From Promethearchaeota archaeon Loki_b32 (GTDB lineage Archaea; Asgardarchaeota; Lokiarchaeia; Sigyniarchaeales; SOKP01): a stretch of 64,000 nucleotides of DNA. Of the stretch, positions 48,947 through 57,843 are shown in pieces. The notes under the pieces are model-generated. The model worked only from the letters and a program-made list of their open reading frames with translations, did not search any database and was not told where the DNA came from. Position 1 is the stretch's first letter, and the number at the start of each line of letters is the position of its first letter. Both the position numbers and the translations under genes were made by a program. The stretch spans positions 100,995 to 164,994 of the forward strand of contig NJBH01000004.1 of assembly GCA_005223125.1 (NCBI GenBank), read 5' to 3'.

Positions 48947-49693
48947 ATGATTTTAGGTATTTTTATTGGAGTAGTGCTCATTATTATTGCCATCTGGTTA
49001 TTGACAGGGCTTAAAACTGCAACGGAATACAAACGTTTGGTAATTTTTCGTTTTGGAAGATATAAAAGAACTATTGGCCCTGGGATAATATTTGTGTTCC
49101 CATTTATTGAAAAATCAATAGAGGTTGATATACGTATAAAGACGCTTGATATTGCGAAACAAGACATTATATCTAGAGATAATATCCCAGTTACTGCTGA
49201 CACAAGCGTATTTTATAAAGTAATTAACCCACAATACGCTATAACTAAGATCGAAAACCCTACGAGAGCTGTATTTAATTATACCCAAGGTGCGTTAAGA
49301 GATGTTATTGGTGGAATGGAGTTAGATGAAGTTTTAACTCAAAGAGAAAAGATTTCACAAGAGATACGCGCTGTAGTAGATGAAGAAACAAGAGAATGGG
49401 GAATTGAGATTACCCAAATCAAGATTCAACAAATCGAATTACCAGAAAATATGAAAAGAGCAATGGCAGTACAAGCTGAAAAGGAACGTGAAAAAAGAGC
49501 GACAATAATTGCTTCCGAGGGAGAACTTGAGGCGGCAAAAAATATAGCAAAAGCTGCAGAATTATTATCTCAAAGCCCAGTTGCTATTCAGTTAAGGTCT
49601 TTACAAACAATTCAAGATATTTCTCATGAACCATCTCAAAAAATAGTTATATTTATGCCGTCTGATATCGGAAATATACTAAAAAAATTATAA
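48947..49693 (+). CDS. SPFH/band-7 (stomatin/prohibitin-like) protein
   Basis: N-terminal TM, then EYKRLVIFRFGRY...GPGIIFVFPFIE, and a MAVQAEKEREKRA coiled coil. Confidence 0.85.
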   Translation: MILGIFIGVVLIIIAIWLLTGLKTATEYKRLVIFRFGRYKRTIGPGIIFVFPFIEKSIEVDIRIKTLDIAKQDIISRDNIPVTADTSVFYKVINPQYAITKIENPTRAVFNYTQGALRDVIGGMELDEVLTQREKISQEIRAVVDEETREWGIEITQIKIQQIELPENMKRAMAVQAEKEREKRATIIASEGELEAAKNIAKAAELLSQSPVAIQLRSLQTIQDISHEPSQKIVIFMPSDIGNILKKL

Positions 49694-49786
49694 ATATAGA
49701 GAGAATCGTCTAAATGAGCAATTAAAATTATAATTATTTATTTTTTTTTATTTTCACTTATTTTAGAATAATTGAGGGATAGATGA

Positions 49787-50662
49787 ATGAAAACAATTGC
49801 TAAGAATTTGATGATTGGGTTTATTAAAGAATCTCAATCAAGAACTCGATATGAAATGTATGCAGAAATTGCAAAAAAAGAGAAATATACATTAATTTCT
49901 ACCACTTTTAAAGAGTTGGCTAATCATGAAAAAGAAAATGCAAATTGGTTATATACAATGTTACAACAATTGAAAAAAGATGAGTTCTTTGAAGATATAA
50001 TTGTAGAAATCAAATGTGCAACTACTTATGGAATAACAAAGGATAATTTAGAATCTTCTATTAAAGTTGAAGATGAAAAATGGCTCGAGTTATATCCAAA
50101 TTTCGCTAATACAGCAGAAGTGGAAGGTTATTTAGAAATTGCAAAAAAAATAAGGAAAATTTCACAACTTAAAAGAAATAATTCTCAGAGATTAAAGATG
50201 TTTTTAAATTTAATTGTAAGTGATACTTATTTTAAAAAAAAAGCAATTATCTTTTGGAAATGCATGGCATGCGGATATGAAGTGGCTATTGATGATTTAG
50301 CTAATGATTTTAGTTGTCCTTCATGTGGACATTTAAAATCATATTTCCAAAAAAAAACACTACAATTAATACCGGAAGAAAAGTCCTTAGAACAAAAAGC
50401 AAACACTGGTTGGGTTTGCATGGAATGTGGATATGAAGTTAACCTACCAGAATTACCAGATGATTGGGAATGCTTTTCTTGCGGTCGTTCTAAAGCTTAT
50501 TTTAAAAAAAAAGTTTTAAAACAAACAACATATAAAATTTCAACTATACAAACAGAAAAAGCACATTGGAAATGTTTGGAATGTGGAAATGAAGAAGAAA
50601 TAGAACTACCCGCAGGATGGAAATGTAGAAAATGTGGATATCCTGAAGATTTAAAATTATAG
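49787..50662 (+). CDS. Rubrerythrin-like protein with degenerate di-iron site and three rubredoxin-like zinc knuckles
   Basis: KESQSRTRYEMYA resembles GESQARNRY. The knuckles are WKCMACGYE..CPSCGH, WVCMECGYE..CFSCGR and WKCLECGNE..CRKCGY. Confidence 0.7.
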   Translation: MKTIAKNLMIGFIKESQSRTRYEMYAEIAKKEKYTLISTTFKELANHEKENANWLYTMLQQLKKDEFFEDIIVEIKCATTYGITKDNLESSIKVEDEKWLELYPNFANTAEVEGYLEIAKKIRKISQLKRNNSQRLKMFLNLIVSDTYFKKKAIIFWKCMACGYEVAIDDLANDFSCPSCGHLKSYFQKKTLQLIPEEKSLEQKANTGWVCMECGYEVNLPELPDDWECFSCGRSKAYFKKKVLKQTTYKISTIQTEKAHWKCLECGNEEEIELPAGWKCRKCGYPEDLKL

Positions 50663-50684
50663 ATAAATCCTATTAGTAAAGAAT

Positions 50685-51548
50685 TTACTTTGAAAACCTT
50701 AATTGTACGATTTTTGAAGTATTTAAACGCCTCATTAACTTTATCATTTTTTTTGTTCGATTATTCCAGGTTGGATTGATTTCCGTCCTCGTCCATAATG
50801 GAAACCAATCAACCACTTCGATCTTTTCGGACCAAAGAGGAAATAAATTCTCTGGATTCTTTACACTAAAATATACAGATTCCCCTTTACCGGCTTTTTT
50901 AGCTAGTTGATTAAATTTCCTTAAAGCGAGCTTAGAAATCGCATCAAAAATGATTTCAGCACCAGGAAATTTTAACATTATATTATTAAACAATTCTTTA
51001 AGATCCTCTTGTTTAAAGTAATATACAAATCCTCCAGCAATAAAGAAAATTCCATTTTTTCTAGACCATTCAATGTCATCAAACCAACTAAAATCAAGTA
51101 CTGATTTACTAATACATTTATTCCTAGGACCCTCTGGGATAAGTTGATTGCGAAATTCAATCGCATTAGATAAATCTAAATCATACCACTTTATTTTGCC
51201 ATTATCAACTCGAAAAAATGTAGTGTCTAGTCCAGCACCGAGATTGACTACGGTAGTGTAAGGATAATTTTCCATATATTTTAATAAAGCATTCTCAAAC
51301 TTTTTAGCTCTTACTAAAAGTCCGAATAAACGAAATTCGTTCTTTCCAGTCAGGAATTCTTTAGCTTCTAAGAAGTTATGATCGACTTTTTCAATGATTT
51401 CAATTGCTTTCTCATCATTTAATAACTCTGGATATAATTTACTATAAGTAGCCCGTGCCCATAATGGTCCAAGCATCGTTTCTTGGATAGATCCTTTAGA
51501 AATAAAATTTTCACTTGTTATTTTTGATTCTTTAGCCAATTTAAACAA
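50685..51548 (-). CDS. Class I SAM-dependent methyltransferase (LCM/TcmP-like)
   Basis: VVNLGAGLDTTFFRV SAM-binding motif and WYDLDL. Confidence 0.7.
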   Translation of the reverse strand: MFKLAKESKITSENFISKGSIQETMLGPLWARATYSKLYPELLNDEKAIEIIEKVDHNFLEAKEFLTGKNEFRLFGLLVRAKKFENALLKYMENYPYTTVVNLGAGLDTTFFRVDNGKIKWYDLDLSNAIEFRNQLIPEGPRNKCISKSVLDFSWFDDIEWSRKNGIFFIAGGFVYYFKQEDLKELFNNIMLKFPGAEIIFDAISKLALRKFNQLAKKAGKGESVYFSVKNPENLFPLWSEKIEVVDWFPLWTRTEINPTWNNRTKKMIKLMRRLNTSKIVQLRFSK

Positions 51549-51620
51549 TTTGAAATTTATAATTTTACCTATAAATACTAAATATGTTCAAATATTTAAA
51601 ACAAAATTATAAAAAAGAAG

Positions 51621-51952
51621 ACGCTTGAGATTTATACCCGCCCTTTTGTGCTAGAACTCGTCGCCAAGTTCAGCTGGAGCATCAAACTAAGCGGCCTACC
51701 TAAAGCTAGCTCCAAGTACATTAACGCTTTCATTTGGCCTTGCACCAAGGTATTAGCTCGTTCCAACCATTCCTTCCTACAATTTCTCTGGCTTATATCC
51801 AAGTCATTAATATGTGTACGAAGGCAGTGTCGTTTCAGTTGCTAAATTACGGTTCTCACCGTAGTAGTTATCTACACCTTGCTTGGAGGGTGGGGCGAGG
51901 TTCCTCAGCGAGTCAAGCTCACCGTCAGCTCACCAATCTCACTCGTCTCTTT
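51621..51952 (-). ncRNA. rnpB: RNase P RNA (probable)
   Basis: GC-rich island in AT-rich DNA. The minus strand has 5' GACGAGUGAGAUU pairing with 3' AAUCUCAAGCGUC (P1/P2). GAGGAA-CCUCGCCC (CR-I-like) pairs with GGGCGGG in ACAAAAGGGCGGGUAUA (CR-V-like, P4). Contains the hairpin ACGGU-GAGA-ACCGU with a GNRA loop. Ends in oligo-U. Confidence 0.6.
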
Positions 51953-52024
51953 TTAAAAAAGTAAAATAACTATTTAAGTTTTTGTTCAAAATGAGAGATT
52001 TTATTAAAAAGTATAATAGAAATT

Positions 52025-52825
52025 TTATTTCTTTTCAATGTTAGATAAGGCATAAGATATTATATCACAATACTTTTGAAATCCTAATTTTCTGTATACT
52101 TTTTCGCCCAATGATGATGCTTCAAGCACCCCAATATAATATCCCATGCCACAAGCATCAATTAAAGCTGTTCTACTTATAGAGAGTCCAAATCCTTTAG
52201 CTCTATATTCAGGTAATGTTGATACAGCATGAAGTCCAGCTACTCCAGAAGAAAGATATAACATTAGTGTAGAGACCGATTTTCCTTCGAATCTACCTAA
52301 ATAAAAGTAAACTTCGTCTTGTAAGTATAAAAATTTAAGAAGATCATAATCTACCCTTAAACCGAAGGCTTTTGAGACGACTTCAGACCATTGTGTTAAC
52401 TTTTCTTCGCTATCTACTCTTTCAACGATTAAATCACTATTATCTATTGTTTTATCTATTACTTCTTTTAGCTCAACTGACATTCCAGCTTGTTGATAAA
52501 CGTTAGAAAAACCACATTTCTCAAGAGTTTTACCCAAATTTTTAGGTCTTGTTAATGGTCCTACGGTCCACCCGTTAGGTGCTTTCCCCTCTTGAATTAA
52601 CTTTTTAACCTCAATTATCTGTTTTTTAACATCTAAATTTTCGAAATTTGCTCTAAATATACCATCTGGCCAATCTGCTTTCTTGGCGAAAACCCAACTT
52701 ATTTTATCTTCTATTCGAGAATCGAAATTAGAATGTTTTGAAGATTTAGAATAAAAATCATCTAAGTTTTTTTCTATATACTGATTAATTGATTCTGGAG
52801 AAATTTCTTTTAAAATTTCTTTCAT
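52025..52825 (-). CDS. GNAT-family N-acetyltransferase
   Basis: C-terminal half has LHAVSTLPEYRAKGFGLSIS (R/Q-x-x-G-x-G/A acetyl-CoA motif). Confidence 0.7.
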   Translation of the reverse strand: MKEILKEISPESINQYIEKNLDDFYSKSSKHSNFDSRIEDKISWVFAKKADWPDGIFRANFENLDVKKQIIEVKKLIQEGKAPNGWTVGPLTRPKNLGKTLEKCGFSNVYQQAGMSVELKEVIDKTIDNSDLIVERVDSEEKLTQWSEVVSKAFGLRVDYDLLKFLYLQDEVYFYLGRFEGKSVSTLMLYLSSGVAGLHAVSTLPEYRAKGFGLSISRTALIDACGMGYYIGVLEASSLGEKVYRKLGFQKYCDIISYALSNIEKK

Positions 52826-52856
52826 TTTTTCTTAAGAGTTAAAAACTATACTATTT

Positions 52857-53864
52857 TTATAAATGAAATTCCGTTCCTACTACCCCCATTACATGAGAGG
52901 AATGACGATGCATAATTCTATTAAACTCAAAACCTATGCAATGCATACTACACGTTATTTCTGGGTTTAAATCTTCTATAAAGGAAACTACCTCTTCAAT
53001 ATTTTCACTAGACTCCCGTTCCTTATGAAATCCACCAATAAGGGCATATATTTTATTTATTCCTGTTAATTTTTGATCATGTTTTACTATATTTATGATG
53101 CCCGTATGACTGCATCCTGTAATTACAACTAATCCTTTATCTTTAATATTAATATATACTACAATCTCTTCTCTATATGTATGTTTTTCATATTCTGTTT
53201 TACTTGTTCCTAAATATAATCCCTTTGGAAGCTCAGTTTCATTAAATATTTCAATCTCACCACTCGTAATTATACCATTATATAATTTTTCGGGTTTTTT
53301 TGTTTCAATAATTTTTACATTGTTTTCAATTGCTCGATTGTAGACTATATTTCTATTAAGAGGGACTCTTCTTTAATATTGGATTTTCCCTTGTTTTTTT
53401 AATTTCTTCAATGAAGTACCAAAATCCTCAGAAGAAATTTCATTTCCTGATTCAGTTCTGGCGTAATAACCTTTTTTTAGACATAATGGGCTTAAATATA
53501 TCTCACTTCCTTCTTTCATTTCAGAAATAATTGGTATTAAAGCCCCATAGTGATCTAAATGTCCATGACTTATAACTAACTTTTCAATTTCATTCAATTT
53601 TATTTTAAATTGTTTAAAATTATTGATTACAGTCTGCATAAAGCCCGCGGTGTCAAATAAAATGATATGAGATGATTCTCCTTCAAATATTTTAATAGTC
53701 ATTGCAATTCCATGTTCACCAAGTGTCGCGAAAGAATCATGCCCTGGGTGTCTTACTTTCCCTTGTAATTTCTCGTTACTTGGCAAAGTCATACTTGTTC
53801 TATTAGACGCTATTACTTTTACAATCAGTTCTCCACTTTCTATACTTCCAATATTCATTTTCAA
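52857..53864 (-). pseudogene. Metallo-beta-lactamase-fold protein (COG1237-like) interrupted by one in-frame TAA at 53373-53375
   Basis: The N-terminal half has SHGHLDHYG (HxHxDH). After the TAA, 171 more codons follow in the same frame with GCSHTGIIN, LIGGFH and CSMHC motifs. The second half has no start codon of its own. Confidence 0.7.
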
Positions 53865-54006
53865 TTTATTTTGATTCTTTGATTTTAATAGTTATGTTAA
53901 TCCTCTTTAATTAATAAATTATTGATTCAAAATTTAGTAATTAAATATAAATACTCTTAAAACCAACTCCTTAAATAATATATGCTAAAATTAGGAGATT
54001 TTTTGA

Positions 54007-55380
54007 ATGGATAAGAATAAGATTTTAAGAAATTTAGAAAAAATTGTGGGCAAAGATTTTGTTTCAAATAAACCCGAAGATTTATACATCTACTCTCAGG
54101 ATCCGGGAGCTTCACTATCTCGCCCGACTGATTTTGTCATAATGCCTAAAACTGTTGAAGAGTTACAAAATATCGTTAAATTGGCAAATGCAGAAAAAAT
54201 TCCATTAGTTCCAATGGGTGGTGGATTGACACTTAGTGGACTAGTGATTCCCGTAAAAGGTGGCATTGTAGTTGATATGAAAAGAATGAATAAAATCATA
54301 GAAATTAATGAATATAGTAAATATGCCCTTATTGAAGCAGGAGTTACTACAGGACAGTTATTGTCATATCTAAATGAAAGTTATCCGAATTTACAACCTC
54401 CAGTACCAGATGCTCCCCCCTCAGCTACAGTGGCTGGAAATGTACTAATTCATGGCTCAGGATATTTATCTCAAAAGTATGGTGATCATGGAGCCATGAT
54501 AAATGGTTTAGAAGTTGTATTACCAAATGGAGATATCTGTAAACTCGGTTCTTGTTCAATATCCCCGTTTTGGTTTGCTCGAGGTCCTATTCCAGATTTA
54601 ATTGGGTTATTTATTAGTTCTTTTGGTACTATGGGAATTATTTCAAAAGTTTCAATTCAATTATTTGATAAGCCTAAATTTAGGGAAGTTGTCTTTGGAT
54701 TATTGAAAGATCCTAAAGATATCCCTAACATTCTCTTAAAAATTACTGAAACTGGATTAGCGGAAGATGTTATACTTGGAATGCAGGATAAACCGGATTG
54801 GATGAAGGGTTATGTATTTGTAATAGCTTATGTAACAGGTGAATCTCAAGAGGAAATTGATTCTCATATTAAAACTTTTAAACGAGTATATCGTAAAGCT
54901 AATGCCAGGTACATGAAAACTCCCGACAGGATTAGAAATGTATATTTAGAGAAGCCTATTTTTGCGGCAGCCGCGGCAGATTATAGAAAAGGTGGAGGTT
55001 TTGAATATGTAGGGGCAAATATGCCGTTAGAAAAAATTCCTGAAGCTTATAAAAGAGGTGCGGAAATCTCAAAAAAATATAGAATCGTACCAACATTAGG
55101 GTCAAGATTAATTGGGGGAACTCATAATATTGTAATGTTTTTCTCTTATTCATTTAATCGAGCTGATACGAAAGATATGGAAAACGCCAGAAATGCTTTA
55201 CATGAAACTAATAAATTAGCGTTAGAATTAGGAGGGATTCCATGGAAAGCAGAATTAGCAGGACAGCAACTAATCCTTGAGAAAATGGATCCTAATTATA
55301 AAAAATTATTTAATTCAATCAGAAACACTCTTGATCCAAATAGAATAATGAACCCAGGAAATTGGGAGGTGAATCAATAA
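54007..55380 (+). CDS. FAD-binding oxidoreductase (GlcD / D-lactate dehydrogenase-like)
   Basis: PCMH-type FAD domain: IPLVPMGGGLTLSG...GGIVVDMKRMNKIIEINE. Confidence 0.8.
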   Translation: MDKNKILRNLEKIVGKDFVSNKPEDLYIYSQDPGASLSRPTDFVIMPKTVEELQNIVKLANAEKIPLVPMGGGLTLSGLVIPVKGGIVVDMKRMNKIIEINEYSKYALIEAGVTTGQLLSYLNESYPNLQPPVPDAPPSATVAGNVLIHGSGYLSQKYGDHGAMINGLEVVLPNGDICKLGSCSISPFWFARGPIPDLIGLFISSFGTMGIISKVSIQLFDKPKFREVVFGLLKDPKDIPNILLKITETGLAEDVILGMQDKPDWMKGYVFVIAYVTGESQEEIDSHIKTFKRVYRKANARYMKTPDRIRNVYLEKPIFAAAAADYRKGGGFEYVGANMPLEKIPEAYKRGAEISKKYRIVPTLGSRLIGGTHNIVMFFSYSFNRADTKDMENARNALHETNKLALELGGIPWKAELAGQQLILEKMDPNYKKLFNSIRNTLDPNRIMNPGNWEVNQ

Positions 55381-56549
55381 TTACTTTAAGTGAAAAACAG
55401 GATTGGAGAGATATTGTTCATAGATGTTTTCGTTGTGGTTATTGCAAATTCACTCTTGAATATTCTGATTTTAATTGCCCAAGTTATAAAAAATATCAAT
55501 TTGAAACTTATAGTACAGGTGGAAGATTGTGGCTTATTTACGGTATTATAAGTGGAGAAATTCAATGGAATGAAGGTATAGCAAACGTTATCTATGCATG
55601 CCCAACATGTGGTAATTGTACTGAAAATTGTAGATTTGAAAAATTTAACGATTTTCTTGTTGATATAATTGAAGTAGCCCGAGCTGAAGCTGTTAAAAAT
55701 GGGTTTTGTCCTGAAAAACAGAAAGCATTATTAAAACGTACTGAAAATACTGAATATTATAATCCATATGGAGAAAAAAATTCAGATAATACAGAGTTAA
55801 AAAAGAAGTACAACTTACCAGGTAAAGCAGAATGGGTTTATTTTATAGGATGTACGTCTAATTATCGTCAGCAAAATTTAAGGGATGCAACATTAAGGTT
55901 TCTGAAAAAAGCAAAAATTGATTTTACATTGATTGATGAACATTGTTGTTGTAGCCCTATAATAAGAACGGGTCAAATTAAACCTGTAAACGATTTTATA
56001 AATTATAACGTAGCCCAAATTAAAAATGCAGGAGCAACTAAAATTATTACTTCATGTGCTGGATGTTATCGTACTATAAAGAAAGACTGGTTAAAGTTTG
56101 GAGCTGATTATGATTTTGAAGTATTCCATACTGTAGAATTAGTAAAACAGCTTTTAGATGAAGATCGATTAAAAATTAAATCTGAATATAAAAATACAGT
56201 AACTTACCATGATCCTTGCCACTTAGGACGCCATGTGGGTATGTATGAGATCCCAAGAGAAGTGCATAATAAAATTCCTGGAATTAAATTAGTAGAGATG
56301 CGAAGAAATAGAGAAAATGCGTGGTGTTGTGGTGCTGGTGGAGGTGTAAAGATTGGTTATCCAGAGTGGTCAGTAGAAGTCTCACAAGAAAGATTGATAG
56401 AAGCAAAAGAGACAGGAGCCTCTGTAATATCTTCAATATGTCCATTCTGTAGAACGAACTTGTCAGATGCAAATGAAAAGTATAATATGGGTTTTGAAGT
56501 AATAGATCTTATAGAGTTCTTAGATCAATTAGATATTGAAATCAATTAA
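55362..56549 (+). CDS. Fe-S / CCG-domain oxidoreductase subunit (GlcF/HdrD-like)
   Basis: CFRCGYCK and CPTCGNCTENC ferredoxin-like clusters. Two CCG-type regions (CCCSP, WCCGAGGG). Overlaps the upstream gene by 19 nt; the start is uncertain. Confidence 0.75.
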   Translation: MGGESIITLSEKQDWRDIVHRCFRCGYCKFTLEYSDFNCPSYKKYQFETYSTGGRLWLIYGIISGEIQWNEGIANVIYACPTCGNCTENCRFEKFNDFLVDIIEVARAEAVKNGFCPEKQKALLKRTENTEYYNPYGEKNSDNTELKKKYNLPGKAEWVYFIGCTSNYRQQNLRDATLRFLKKAKIDFTLIDEHCCCSPIIRTGQIKPVNDFINYNVAQIKNAGATKIITSCAGCYRTIKKDWLKFGADYDFEVFHTVELVKQLLDEDRLKIKSEYKNTVTYHDPCHLGRHVGMYEIPREVHNKIPGIKLVEMRRNRENAWCCGAGGGVKIGYPEWSVEVSQERLIEAKETGASVISSICPFCRTNLSDANEKYNMGFEVIDLIEFLDQLDIEIN

Positions 56550-56568
56550 AAAAAAGAAATTTAAATTT

Positions 56569-57582
56569 TTAATAATTTAATTTTTCTCCAAGTGCCATAC
56601 GCGCTAAATCACTTAACAAATAATTTTTTAATCCTTTTCTCTCTACTTTCGATCCCAAAACATCTTTACACATGGGACAATTATACACACATGCTTCAGC
56701 GCCATTGTTAATCATATCTTTAATATTTTTATTTTGAGTTGGTCGTACTAAATTACCTTTACCTAACCAACCAAAGGGTCCCCCACAACATAATGCATTT
56801 TCTCTATCATATTCTCTTGCAACTCTCTCAACTCCTATTAACTCACATATTTTGTCAACCCATTTATCCGTTTCAGGAATAAATCTATTTGAGCAATTTC
56901 TTTGATAAGCAATTTTCATATTGAGTTTATTTATTTCTGATTCGTGATCTTTTAAGTAATTATAGACATATTCAAAGAGATGAATTGGCTTGAACGGCAC
57001 ATCAATATTATTTCTTTGACAATATGAGGTCCACAATCCATAACATTCATCATGCCAACAAATAAATTCTTGTATTCCATGTTTTTTAATGTTTTCCATT
57101 ACGATCGGAAGTCTTTCTCTTATTACTGAATCCCTAGCGACGTGGTGATACATTAAATTACAAAAAAAAGCACGACCACTTATATATTGCAGATTTTCAA
57201 ACATTTGTCCTTTCATTTCTTCAGGATTCATTCTTGAAAAAGTGCACTTATGAAAAACTGGTTTATCGGGATCAATTTCCTTTATTCTTAAGTCATCAGG
57301 AGGTTCCATTTGCTTAATTATATTATCTATTAATTTTGGATCAATATTTAATGAATTATATTTTTCCTGTAATTCTGTTTTTAAATCAAATGGATGCGAA
57401 TCATATGGACAATATTCTTCACATGCGAAACAAGTGACACATTCTTTTAAAACGAATGAATCCTCTCCATTTATCATTTTTCCCATTTCAGTCCTAGCTG
57501 TCTCTTTATCAATATCTATCCATTGACACCGTGTCAAACAATCAATATTTTCACATTCAGAACAATGACTTTTATCAAACAT
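56569..57582 (-). CDS. Fe-S / CCG-domain protein (HdrD/GlcF-like)
   Basis: CSECENIDC..C and CVTCFACEEYCP cluster motifs, ALCCGGPFG, CPMC. Confidence 0.7.
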   Translation of the reverse strand: MFDKSHCSECENIDCLTRCQWIDIDKETARTEMGKMINGEDSFVLKECVTCFACEEYCPYDSHPFDLKTELQEKYNSLNIDPKLIDNIIKQMEPPDDLRIKEIDPDKPVFHKCTFSRMNPEEMKGQMFENLQYISGRAFFCNLMYHHVARDSVIRERLPIVMENIKKHGIQEFICWHDECYGLWTSYCQRNNIDVPFKPIHLFEYVYNYLKDHESEINKLNMKIAYQRNCSNRFIPETDKWVDKICELIGVERVAREYDRENALCCGGPFGWLGKGNLVRPTQNKNIKDMINNGAEACVYNCPMCKDVLGSKVERKGLKNYLLSDLARMALGEKLNY

Positions 57583-57843
57583 ATTTATATCAGTTTTGAG
57601 TTTTAAGATATAAAATTTTTAATAGAATAAAAATAAAATTGGTTATTTATTGTTAATTAACTAAAATGTAAGTAATCCAAATCCACCATTGAAAAAAGGA
57701 AAACCACTTTAAGAATTTTCATTTCTGATTCCATGAGGTTCATTAGACGGAATTGTTTCAAAAAGGTTTTTTAGAAAATGACAGAAATAAATTTAAAATT
57801 AGTTAGAGAATTAAAAAAAATAAAAAATTGATTTATAACTTTA

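Noticed and set aside
51621-51952. An SRP (7S) RNA identity for the structured RNA.
   Set aside because: I could not find the helix-8 or Alu-domain motifs, whereas the CR-I/CR-V-like pairing fits RNase P. This remains the main alternative until a covariance model is run.
51648-51964. Two overlapping plus-strand ORFs (65 and 76 aa).
   Set aside because: They sit on the GC-rich structured RNA (probable RNase P RNA). The stop-free frames are a by-product of its base composition.
27829-53375. Genome-wide reassignment of TAA to a sense codon as the explanation for the three in-frame TAAs.
   Set aside because: The majority of well-defined genes in the window terminate at TAA at the position expected from homologous protein lengths. 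Only local readthrough, errors or pseudogenes remain plausible.
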